The notes under the pieces are model-generated. The model did not search any database. It had not been told where the DNA came from and was given only the letters and a program-made list of their open reading frames with translations. A stretch of 64,000 nt of DNA, from IMG/VR virus record IMGVR_UViG_3300044974_001280, positions 1 to 64,000 of that record; one strand, given 5' to 3'. The translations under genes were made by a program, and so were the position numbers. Shown in pieces: positions 56,104 through 64,000 of this stretch (positions are counted from its first letter, which is position 1; the number at the start of each line of letters is the position of its first letter).

Positions 56104-57048
56104 ATGTTGTACACATTCGAACAATGGGATCAAAACCTAAAACATAAAACCGGATCGGTCGAAGAGAGTGTTTCCCTTCAGGGGATTCTGAAGTGGTTTT
56201 CAAACACTTTTGGCGGGGACAAAAATAAAATCGATCTGCTCATTTCGGATCTCCAGGAGATAGAATACAAATTTGCCGAAGAATGGAATGAGATTCAGGT
56301 GGATATCGACGAACTAGAAGTACAGAAAGCTCAGATCAAAAACGACCCAGCCGAAATTAGAAAACTAGAAAGGTTAATCGAAAGAAACGATAGATTGTTG
56401 GATGCCTTAACCAAAAAGAAAAGAACTGCAATCTCAGAAATAGAAAGCAAAATAGAAAAAATAACCGACAAGAAACCAAAATTGGTTTCTTATTGGAATT
56501 TGCAGAAAACCAAAGCCGAGGCAGAAATAGCAGAAAATTTGTATCAATTGGCTAAAAAATTATCCAGGGAAGAAGTAGCAGAAGAACTTTACTCCAAGTA
56601 CAAAGAAGCTTCTCTCAGGGCAAAAAAGAAAGACGAGGAATTTAAAAGAAAATTTGGAAACCTAAAAATGCCATCAGGCCTAAAAACAAGAGTACCTAAA
56701 GAAGACAAAGAAACCTCTAAAAGAACTTCAGTGCCGGCAGAAATCTCCCACAAGTACACTGCGGAGTTTGAAGAATCGATGGATTTTCCTCCCCTCGAGT
56801 TCGATCGTTATGTTAAGGGACTAGATAAGAAGGTAGTTCAGCAGCTCAAGAAATATTTAATTGAGCAAAGGAATGAAAGGTATGTCTTGATCGATAGTAG
56901 AGAAGCCAAAGTCAGCGAGATGAAAAAAACTATGAGTGCCGTAGAGGCCAAAGAAATCCAAGCCAGATTCATAGAATTCAGGAAATCTACCATGGAGCAG
57001 ATCCGTCAGCTTCGCACAAAAATAACTATTTGCAATAGATATGATTAA
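56104..57048 (+). CDS. Coiled-coil protein with CTS-like N-terminus, likely paralog of previous gene
   Basis: MLYTFEQW; shared FS...GG...ID pattern. Confidence 0.7.
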   Translation: MLYTFEQWDQNLKHKTGSVEESVSLQGILKWFSNTFGGDKNKIDLLISDLQEIEYKFAEEWNEIQVDIDELEVQKAQIKNDPAEIRKLERLIERNDRLLDALTKKKRTAISEIESKIEKITDKKPKLVSYWNLQKTKAEAEIAENLYQLAKKLSREEVAEELYSKYKEASLRAKKKDEEFKRKFGNLKMPSGLKTRVPKEDKETSKRTSVPAEISHKYTAEFEESMDFPPLEFDRYVKGLDKKVVQQLKKYLIEQRNERYVLIDSREAKVSEMKKTMSAVEAKEIQARFIEFRKSTMEQIRQLRTKITICNRYD

Positions 57049-57301
57049 AAAATTTGACTCCTTTAGACTGAACGAGGATGTGAACAAGGACCTCTCTACA
57101 GCTAAAAAGCTTGTTAACGATCAGATGGATCTGATTCGTCAGGAGATTAGCAATGAAAAATCGCAGGAGGATCCACTCCAAAAGATCGGCAGTATTAAGA
57201 AGCAAGCCACGCTATATGCAGCCTTGCCTGCTCTGTTGAATAAACTAGCTGCTGCCATGGATGCAAAACAAAAATCAGGAGATAAAACAAACGTCTATTA
57301 A
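57041..57301 (+). CDS. Small protein with CTS-like N-terminus
   Basis: MIKKFDSFRLNED. Confidence 0.7.
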   Translation: MIKKFDSFRLNEDVNKDLSTAKKLVNDQMDLIRQEISNEKSQEDPLQKIGSIKKQATLYAALPALLNKLAAAMDAKQKSGDKTNVY

Positions 57302-57302
57302 T

Positions 57303-59771
57303 ATGAACAATTATTTCAGGAGTAACCCAGTAGCACATCAATTTCTTATCAGTACTCTGAATTTAAACGAGAATGCCTCGGTCGACAATTTGTTGAAGAA
57401 AACCACAGAGGCAGCTTTGGACACTTTCAAAAAGATCGTTTTTGATTTAACCACCAAAGAGAACAGAAACCCAGATAAATTTAGGAGTATGCTCAATGAG
57501 GTTGGGTCTGCCAAAGGGGTTAGAGGAATGATCGCCAAGATGAAAGATTTCGCAGAAGAAGCTGATATTTCTGATTCAAAATTAGCCCAGGTAAAGCAGA
57601 TCTATCTGGATGCCTTGGGACAAGTGGGAGAGGCTTTAAAAAGATTGGTTGAGATAGATGGTAAAATGGGAGCCATGATTTTGGATCACTATCGGCTCAT
57701 GGCAAAGAGACTTATCTCGGCCATGGATGATATTGCCTCTGCCTATTCTAAGAAGATTCTTCTAACTGAAAATTTTAGGACTGCCCTGAATTTGCCCCTT
57801 AACGAATCAGAAAACGTTGGGTTCCACGGGAGGATCAACAAGCTGAAGAAAAAGTTGGTTAATCTTATTTCAGATGCACAGGGAAAAGATGCCAAAAACG
57901 GATATGGCAGAGACTGGCAAAGGCTTTTCTCTGGGATCCACCAAAAACTCGAGGCCCTGATCAGCGATAAATCAGTTGTCTCCGAGCGGGAAAAGAAAAG
58001 TTTGCTAGAGATAGAAAAGCAGTCCGATAATTTAGCGGAAGAATATTACAACTACAAGATTAAGGCGGCTGAATTGACGATGAAGAAAATTATTGATGAT
58101 GATGAATTAGTAACCAAGTTTTCCGATGTAACTGATCTGTTGACCAAATCTTTAGATCTTATAGCCAAGGCTAACGTGCAAGAAGTTCTGATCGACCAGA
58201 AAATCAGAGAGGAATTGGAAGAGGTTGAAAACAAGATCGTGCAGAAGGTTTTTCCCGTCCGCCCGGGAGCGAAAGATTCTGATCTGAAGTTCAAAAAATC
58301 AGGTCTCATCTCTGCTGTGCAAAAGGCCTTAATGTCTGCATTTCCCTCTGTCAAAAAACTGCTTTCTGACCACGAGAAAGACAGTGGCACTTTTGGTCCG
58401 GCTACATCCCTGGCTATCAAATCCATCCAGACCTCATTGGGTAACAAAAATGCTAATGGTGACCTGGATAAACCCCTGCTGGATCTGATCTTGACTATGG
58501 AACAGGTAGCCGACGTGGACAAGAAAAAGATTTCAGCCGCTCTTAAATCGCTCAAAAGCTCCTATGCCATGTCAGAATCAAGAGTCCTGCAGATGTCCGA
58601 TTTCTCCAGACTTTCCGAGGCGGTTTATATCGATGATGATGACTTGCAAAAAGAAATCGAAAGAGGTCAGGAGGAACTGAAGAAATCTGGGTCTGGAAGT
58701 CTTTCTCATCTAGCCTCGGACGAAACGACGGGTGCGGATACAGCTCTGGCCAAGAAGCTGGCCAAATTACTGAGAGGAGGTGGTTTTAATAAAAACGCCG
58801 AAGAAGAGGATTTTTTAAAAGACGATGGCACCTTTAAGAATTCTTACCCCACCCGTTTTATCGAGTCTTGGCTCCAGTGCCTTTCTGCCACCAAAGAATC
58901 CAAAGACAAGCCTGGTTTCTTCTGGATCCAAGGACCTGATGAAAAAATTGGAGCACTATATTCAACCAAAAGAATTGCAGGAAACGTTAAAAAACCCTAT
59001 AACTGGGCCAAATGGAAAGAGATTTCAGGTGATGATTCTCAGGAAGAGAGAGAAAGGTTTGCCCGTTGGTATACCTCCTATTTCTCAGGTTTCGGGGGAC
59101 TCATGGACAAACAGAGATTGAATGTTGCCTCAGAGATTCTAACCTACTACGGAGATCCAAAAAACAGTACTGAGGCACCTGAAAATCTTCAATCTGAATT
59201 TAAAGACTACTGCTCAGTTTACGATGGTCTGAAAGATGTTCTGAGAAGCGGCAGAACTTCAAGGGACTCAGAACCCTATCAGTATTTTGCCCAAGGCTTG
59301 TTGACGAAAGAGACCATGAAGAAAATCTCTGAAGCTGTTTCTAAATTTTCTCAGTTGGACAAATCGGATCCAGATTTGACTTTTTATGATTTTATGATCT
59401 TAACAGTGTGTGTGTTTTTAACGGCTTCCTGTGTTGCCTGGGACGAGTCTAATAGAAAGTGGGCTCCTGCCTTTTCTATTTTGACCGACGGTGCACTATC
59501 TGATTCGGTTGTTAACAGAATCCTAGACGACCAGATTCACGATGCAGATCCCAGCGCACCCGTTCCTCAGATGTCAAAAGAATCTGGAGCCATGGTTATC
59601 AGCAAGGGCTACGATGGAAAAATCAAGACCATTTTCAAACAGAACTACAACAGAGCCCAAAAAGTATTAGAACCCCTGGTACAAAGACACGCGGACCGGA
59701 TGAACTATGTTGACAAAGACGATATAGAAAATTTCGATCGAGAAAATGTGTATGTAATTCCGAATTCTTAA
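57303..59771 (+). CDS. Large helical protein with a peptidoglycan-binding-like domain
   Basis: AVQKAL...GTFGPAT..AIKSIQ...GDLD pattern; LNE sites; ATG 57303 follows the upstream stop. Confidence 0.6.
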   Translation: MNNYFRSNPVAHQFLISTLNLNENASVDNLLKKTTEAALDTFKKIVFDLTTKENRNPDKFRSMLNEVGSAKGVRGMIAKMKDFAEEADISDSKLAQVKQIYLDALGQVGEALKRLVEIDGKMGAMILDHYRLMAKRLISAMDDIASAYSKKILLTENFRTALNLPLNESENVGFHGRINKLKKKLVNLISDAQGKDAKNGYGRDWQRLFSGIHQKLEALISDKSVVSEREKKSLLEIEKQSDNLAEEYYNYKIKAAELTMKKIIDDDELVTKFSDVTDLLTKSLDLIAKANVQEVLIDQKIREELEEVENKIVQKVFPVRPGAKDSDLKFKKSGLISAVQKALMSAFPSVKKLLSDHEKDSGTFGPATSLAIKSIQTSLGNKNANGDLDKPLLDLILTMEQVADVDKKKISAALKSLKSSYAMSESRVLQMSDFSRLSEAVYIDDDDLQKEIERGQEELKKSGSGSLSHLASDETTGADTALAKKLAKLLRGGGFNKNAEEEDFLKDDGTFKNSYPTRFIESWLQCLSATKESKDKPGFFWIQGPDEKIGALYSTKRIAGNVKKPYNWAKWKEISGDDSQEERERFARWYTSYFSGFGGLMDKQRLNVASEILTYYGDPKNSTEAPENLQSEFKDYCSVYDGLKDVLRSGRTSRDSEPYQYFAQGLLTKETMKKISEAVSKFSQLDKSDPDLTFYDFMILTVCVFLTASCVAWDESNRKWAPAFSILTDGALSDSVVNRILDDQIHDADPSAPVPQMSKESGAMVISKGYDGKIKTIFKQNYNRAQKVLEPLVQRHADRMNYVDKDDIENFDRENVYVIPNS

Positions 59772-59803
59772 TTGCAAAAGGACTTAGTTTGAATTTTTAT
59801 TCT

Positions 59804-59811
59804 TATATTTG
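59804..59811 (+). promoter_or_regulatory. Bacteroidota-type -7 element TATATTTG
   Basis: Perfect TAnnTTTG upstream of ATG 59834. Confidence 0.55.
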
Positions 59812-59833
59812 GGTTCTTTATAAACCCATAATT

Positions 59834-60199
59834 ATGAATAGAAATTGGTTTTCTATTTTTTTAGCTGTGACAATTTCTTGCACAGCCGATCCTCAGCCCA
59901 TTCAAACAGAAATTCGCCCTGTCGACAAAACTGTTTATTTTCAGGATAAAATGCTCCAGACTGCCAGAATTTTAGAAAAGTCTGGCATCGATTTCAAATC
60001 TTCAGGAAAACTTCTTCATGCCCTGTATTTGTACAAAGAAAGGTACGGCACCATCGAGTTTGAAAAATTTCACGCCCAACTTCAGCAGGCAAACGGGTGG
60101 GGCAAGGCTAAAATTCTCAAAAAGAATCGAAAATTTGTCAGGATTGCAAAAGAAGTGAATCTAGACCTGACCAAGTTAGATTACATTAAATCCTTGTAA
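59834..60199 (+). CDS. Putative lipoprotein
   Basis: MNRNWFSIFLAVTISC signal peptide with lipobox-like ISC; this start is preferred over 59789. Confidence 0.6.
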   Translation: MNRNWFSIFLAVTISCTADPQPIQTEIRPVDKTVYFQDKMLQTARILEKSGIDFKSSGKLLHALYLYKERYGTIEFEKFHAQLQQANGWGKAKILKKNRKFVRIAKEVNLDLTKLDYIKSL

Positions 60200-60203
60200 A
60201 GGG

Positions 60204-60231
60204 GAAATTATTTCCCCTCTTGTTTCTATAA
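60204..60231 (+). promoter_or_regulatory. Putative ECF-type promoter
   Basis: GAAAT-N17-CTATAA. Confidence 0.45.
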
Positions 60232-60247
60232 AACAGAAACATCCGCG

Positions 60248-60790
60248 GTGATTAAAATTTTCGAAGGAGCTAGAAATTCAGGGAAAACATATCTGTCCTC
60301 TGAATTTTCTAAAATGTCCAACCTCCCCCTCTTTAAATTCCAATTCTCAGATTGGTTTGGCCTGCTGAATCTGACCGATCAAGATCCCAAGACCCACTAT
60401 TTTGCCCTGGGCAAAGAGCTCATGCTGCTCCAGACCAACAAAGAAGGTCTTTTAGCTGATTTAATCCTAGATAGAGGATTTTTAACTGTTTTTACCTGGG
60501 CTATTCTCAGTAGCAGAACCACTGAAGAAAATGCCATGACCCAATTTGATCTGCTTCAAACCATGGGTCTTCTAACCAATCTGCAGATCTTCCTGGTTGT
60601 TGGTAAAAATCCTAGTCAAGACCCCAGGAATAAGGACCACTGGGATTTCAGAGACGGCCAAGACGACGAGGCCAGAATCCTACTGAAGCTCTTGTCTCAC
60701 CTGAAAAAAATTGCTCCTCAGGTTCCCGTAATTGAGATCCAGAATGATTTTAGCCCTCGTACTCTTGCCCAATTAAGACAAAATTTTTAA
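60248..60790 (+). CDS. P-loop nucleotide kinase (dTMP-kinase-like)
   Basis: IFEGARNSGKT and LDRGFLT motifs. Confidence 0.75.
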   Translation: MIKIFEGARNSGKTYLSSEFSKMSNLPLFKFQFSDWFGLLNLTDQDPKTHYFALGKELMLLQTNKEGLLADLILDRGFLTVFTWAILSSRTTEENAMTQFDLLQTMGLLTNLQIFLVVGKNPSQDPRNKDHWDFRDGQDDEARILLKLLSHLKKIAPQVPVIEIQNDFSPRTLAQLRQNF

Positions 60791-60791
60791 T

Positions 60792-62195
60792 ATGTGTGGA
60801 ATTTTACTTTCCTTATCCGGGACCGACTCTGTTTTGAATAGCATCTCCCATCGGGGAATAGAAAGGAACACCCTAGAAAGAGATGGTGTTTTTTTAACCC
60901 ACCATCGTCTGCCCATTCAGACAGAGGCAGGAGACGGCTGGAAGCAACCTCTAGAAATTTCTCCTGGCATTTTCTTGATGTACAACGGAGAGATCTTTAA
61001 CTATGATAAATCTCTTTACACCTCTGATATTGATTATCTGTCCCGCCTTTTTGGGACTTGGACGGGAGGGGATTTTCAGATGTTCTGTGCAATTTTTCTA
61101 GCCCGTATTCAGAACTGGGATGGTTTTTGGTCCGTAGTCATCTACGATTCAAAGCAGAAGAATGTTATTTGCTTTACTGACCCTTTGGGTAAAAAATGTT
61201 TGTATAAGAACGAGGACGGGGAATTGTCTTCTGAAATTAAGTCCCTGGTGACCGAGTTTTCTCCACTTGATGTTTCCTATTTAAGTTCGGTAAAGAAATT
61301 TGGTTACGTGCCAAACGGTGACACTCCTTACCGAAATGTGAAGAGGCTGCTTCCCAACACAATCTATTCTTATTCTCTTCAGAGTCCTGATTTTGTCACA
61401 GTCTTTCCTCACTATTACAGATTTTTGAATTTTCCTCTTGCTGAATTATCTAATGCCTCCTACGATGAGCACATGGAGTGGTTATGGAACAAACTTTTCG
61501 AATCCGTTCAGAACAGACTTCTGTCTAAAAATTATCCTATTTCTCTCCTGGTGTCAGGGGGTTTAGATTCTTCTATCATAGCTGGTATTTTATCCGAATT
61601 AAAAGCTAGTACTACCTGGTTTAGTATCGAAAACGGAGAAAGAGAATACGTGGATCTTCTCTCCAAACATCTGGGACAAGAGGTTGTGTTTTTGGACTAC
61701 GAGGTTCAAAACGAAAAAAACGCCGAAATTTACGCCAGATGGAACGAGGGCCCGGTCGATCTAGGCTCGGTTATTCCCCAATATTATTTGTTCGAGTCCA
61801 TTAAGAAATTTGGTCAGCATCGGATAGTTCTGAGCGGGGATGGAGCAGATGAACTGTTTGGAGGTTATTCTCGCATTTTGGATTACGATTCCCAACAATC
61901 AGATGTCTTTCAAGAACTGTCTTTTTATCATTTACCCAGATTGGATAAACTCTCTATGGCTCACACTCTAGAACTGAGAAACCCTTTTTTGCACCTCGAT
62001 CTAGTCAGATTTGCCTTGTATCTGCCTTTGGAATGGAGAACAGGCAAAAAAATTCTTAAAGACACTTTTGGTCCTTTGCTCCCTTCTGCAATAATCGATA
62101 GACCCAAGGAGGCCCTTAAAAATCCTTTAATCAAACAGGATAAAATCAAATACAGACTCTGGGTAGCGGATCTCTTTGAAAACAATCATATTTAA
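60792..62195 (+). CDS. asnB: Asparagine synthetase B-like glutamine amidotransferase
   Basis: MCGI, HRG, NGEIFN, SGGLDSS, SGDGADELFGGY and E.R.PFL motifs. Confidence 0.9.
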   Translation: MCGILLSLSGTDSVLNSISHRGIERNTLERDGVFLTHHRLPIQTEAGDGWKQPLEISPGIFLMYNGEIFNYDKSLYTSDIDYLSRLFGTWTGGDFQMFCAIFLARIQNWDGFWSVVIYDSKQKNVICFTDPLGKKCLYKNEDGELSSEIKSLVTEFSPLDVSYLSSVKKFGYVPNGDTPYRNVKRLLPNTIYSYSLQSPDFVTVFPHYYRFLNFPLAELSNASYDEHMEWLWNKLFESVQNRLLSKNYPISLLVSGGLDSSIIAGILSELKASTTWFSIENGEREYVDLLSKHLGQEVVFLDYEVQNEKNAEIYARWNEGPVDLGSVIPQYYLFESIKKFGQHRIVLSGDGADELFGGYSRILDYDSQQSDVFQELSFYHLPRLDKLSMAHTLELRNPFLHLDLVRFALYLPLEWRTGKKILKDTFGPLLPSAIIDRPKEALKNPLIKQDKIKYRLWVADLFENNHI

Positions 62196-62206
62196 AATCT
62201 TTTGGA

Positions 62207-62214
62207 GATATATA
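62207..62214 (+). promoter_or_regulatory. Putative late promoter GATATATA
   Basis: Recurrent motif. Confidence 0.7.
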
Positions 62215-62257
62215 AGTCAGATGTTGCATCTACCTTATAAAAAACCAAAAGATTGTT

Positions 62258-63001
62258 ATGATTAAAAAGTTTTCTGAATTTAGAAATAGGGTCACACCAG
62301 GTCCCGATGACCAACCTGAACTCAATGAAGGAATAGGAGATTGGCTAGGTCAAACCTTTGGCAGTATTTGGGGAGGAGCCAAGGATCTATTGACCAAAAA
62401 AATAACAGCTCATCTGCTCAGTAAACTTGGTATCGAGGAGAATAGCATTTTCGCAGAGCTGGTGAGCAAATTCGTTCAGCAAATCCCAATCAGTGACTAT
62501 TACGGTATTTTGTTCAATTCTAAACTGAACGCCAAATACTTGGCTCCCAAAATGGCTGAAGCGGCAATGGAATTTATTTCAGGCCAGGGTTACGATGGTA
62601 TAGCTCAGTCTTTAGGTTTTAATCGTGATGGATTAATATACCAATTATTAAGGGAGACCTTCACTAACGAGGCAGCTAAATTGAATTTTAAAAAGAATTT
62701 AGAAAATTTCTTCCTATCGGTGTTTCAAGGATTTCCATCCACTAGTGCGACTGAATTTGAAAAAAGTTTGACTAGTTCTGAAAAATCCGCCTTAACGAGG
62801 CCTCTTCTTCAAACAGCCAAAGATAAAGGAATAAAGATGGATAAATCTGCTAGGGGAGAAGGAAATATTCTGACTAATTTCCTTACTAACATGCAGAATG
62901 CTAACCAGGCTAACTCTGCCCAAATTGCATCTTCCTCAACCACTTACAATCAAGGTCTAACTGCTCAGCAGTATGAAGATTTAATAAAATTCAGATCTTA
63001 A
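62258..63001 (+). CDS. Hypothetical protein with CTS-like N-terminus
   Basis: MIKKFSEFR...ELNEG. Confidence 0.7.
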   Translation: MIKKFSEFRNRVTPGPDDQPELNEGIGDWLGQTFGSIWGGAKDLLTKKITAHLLSKLGIEENSIFAELVSKFVQQIPISDYYGILFNSKLNAKYLAPKMAEAAMEFISGQGYDGIAQSLGFNRDGLIYQLLRETFTNEAAKLNFKKNLENFFLSVFQGFPSTSATEFEKSLTSSEKSALTRPLLQTAKDKGIKMDKSARGEGNILTNFLTNMQNANQANSAQIASSSTTYNQGLTAQQYEDLIKFRS

Positions 63002-63019
63002 AAATATAACCCCGAATTT

Positions 63020-63376
63020 ATGAACATTAACGACGTTGCCCAAAGAGAAATTTTAGATTTCAAACAGTTCAGAGGAAAGGTAATGGATGACACCTACAAA
63101 CCTTTCGATCCTCAGAATCAGAAGGACTCTTATTCTAGAACAGGACTGCACCCCATCAAAAGGGAACCTGCTTATGATTTCGTAGGGTACGCGGACGCCA
63201 TCTTTTCTCCTGACAAGGCTGGTATTGGCCTGCCTGGTTACAACGCAGGACAAAGCAGACAGTACATCAACGCTATCGGTGGTCCTGGTCTGGCACAAAC
63301 CCCTGCTACTAACGAGTCTGAAAATCAGGAAATTGACGAACCTATAATTTTAGGTCTCAGAGATTTTAGAGGCTAG
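63020..63376 (+). CDS. Hypothetical protein
   Basis: ILDFKQF motif near the N-terminus. Confidence 0.65.
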   Translation: MNINDVAQREILDFKQFRGKVMDDTYKPFDPQNQKDSYSRTGLHPIKREPAYDFVGYADAIFSPDKAGIGLPGYNAGQSRQYINAIGGPGLAQTPATNESENQEIDEPIILGLRDFRG

Positions 63377-63391
63377 GTTTGATTCAAGCCC

Positions 63392-63418
63392 GAAATTTTT
63401 TTTCATTCTGACGTAAGA
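63392..63418 (+). promoter_or_regulatory. Putative ECF-type promoter
   Basis: GAAAT-N16-GTAAGA. Confidence 0.45.
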
Positions 63419-63423
63419 CGAGC

Positions 63424-64000
63424 ATGGAAAAAATTAGACTCGTTCACATTCTGACTGAATTAGATCACACAAGAGAAATAGCATCCGTAAATTCTCTATC
63501 GGTCTTGCCGAGTGTGGGAATAGAATACATTCAACAGGTAAATCAAAGATACACTGGTGACGATTGGAAGTTAGTTAAAGCTTTATCTCAAAATGAACAT
63601 ACCCGACACGGAGCAGGACATTATGGGGCTTTTCAATCTTTCAAGAAAGCCATTTTGGAAAATTTCACTCCTGATCTGGACGCCTTGATATTATGTGAGT
63701 GTGACTGCGTGCTTGAAGTATCCCCCGAGGCTTTCTTGATTAACGTTAAAAGAGGTTTAGAATTTTGTCAAACACACCAACTAAATTATTTTTCTTTGGG
63801 TGGGAGGTTTGCTTTAGGACATCTTCAATCTCCTATTTTAGAAACAGATCCCAGGTTCGAAGATTTTTACGTCACTAATAAAATTATTCTGGCCCATTGT
63901 ATAGTCTTAACCCCAATAGGCCGAGAATTTTATTTGAATGTACTGCAGGGAGATTCTTGGGACAGTCCAGATCTATGGTTTTTTGAAATCAATTGGAAGC
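63424..64000 (+). CDS. Probable GT25-like glycosyltransferase (3' partial, not in the ORF track)
   Basis: My translation: MEKIRLVHILTE...GHYGAFQSFKKAI...LILCECDCVL, similar to the GT25 G..GC..SH...ILEDD pattern. Confidence 0.5.
   Translation, partial: MEKIRLVHILTELDHTREIASVNSLSVLPSVGIEYIQQVNQRYTGDDWKLVKALSQNEHTRHGAGHYGAFQSFKKAILENFTPDLDALILCECDCVLEVSPEAFLINVKRGLEFCQTHQLNYFSLGGRFALGHLQSPILETDPRFEDFYVTNKIILAHCIVLTPIGREFYLNVLQGDSWDSPDLWFFEINWK

Noticed and set aside
1-64000. Stop-codon reassignment as seen in some large phages
   Set aside because: Conserved genes are full length in code 11, and TAA, TAG and TGA all end genes at sensible positions.
1-64000. tRNA or rRNA genes
   Set aside because: Intergenic gaps are short and AT-rich, and none showed cloverleaf features by eye; a tRNAscan-SE run would confirm.

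Overview
This is a 64 kb piece of a large T4-like (myovirus, probably jumbo) phage genome. Every credible gene lies on the + strand and reads in the standard code. It holds the core virion module (gp14-like neck, small and large terminase, a ~1180 aa sheath, two tail tubes, gp26/gp51-like chaperones, gp4, two portals, a gp21 protease-scaffold fusion, gp23 capsid), replication and repair genes, and many probable head-packaged proteins with a T4-like capsid-targeting N-terminus. TAnnTTTG promoters and A-rich, mostly SD-less leaders suggest a Bacteroidota host (inference). Main points: (1) A giant (Gly-Ser-Ser)n plus beta-roll fibre gene is followed directly by a protein-decoration cluster: a TibC/Aah-type autotransporter heptosyltransferase, GT9-like, GT-A and GT-B enzymes, an FkbM methyltransferase, a sulfotransferase, an APS kinase and an HxGH nucleotidyltransferase. 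A heptose-7-phosphate kinase sits elsewhere, behind the portals. Together these form a candidate phage-encoded virion heptosylation/sulfation system. (2) A three-tier sigma cascade can be read from the DNA: host-type TAnnTTTG, then a phage ECF sigma with G(A/G)AA(C/T)-N16/17-NTAWRA-like sites, then a gp55-like sigma with GATATATA sites. (3) A probable -1 frameshift extends the 902 aa head protein, and a possible +1 shift links the tail chaperones. (4) Portal and tube are duplicated. All calls come from motif recognition by eye; no database searches were run.
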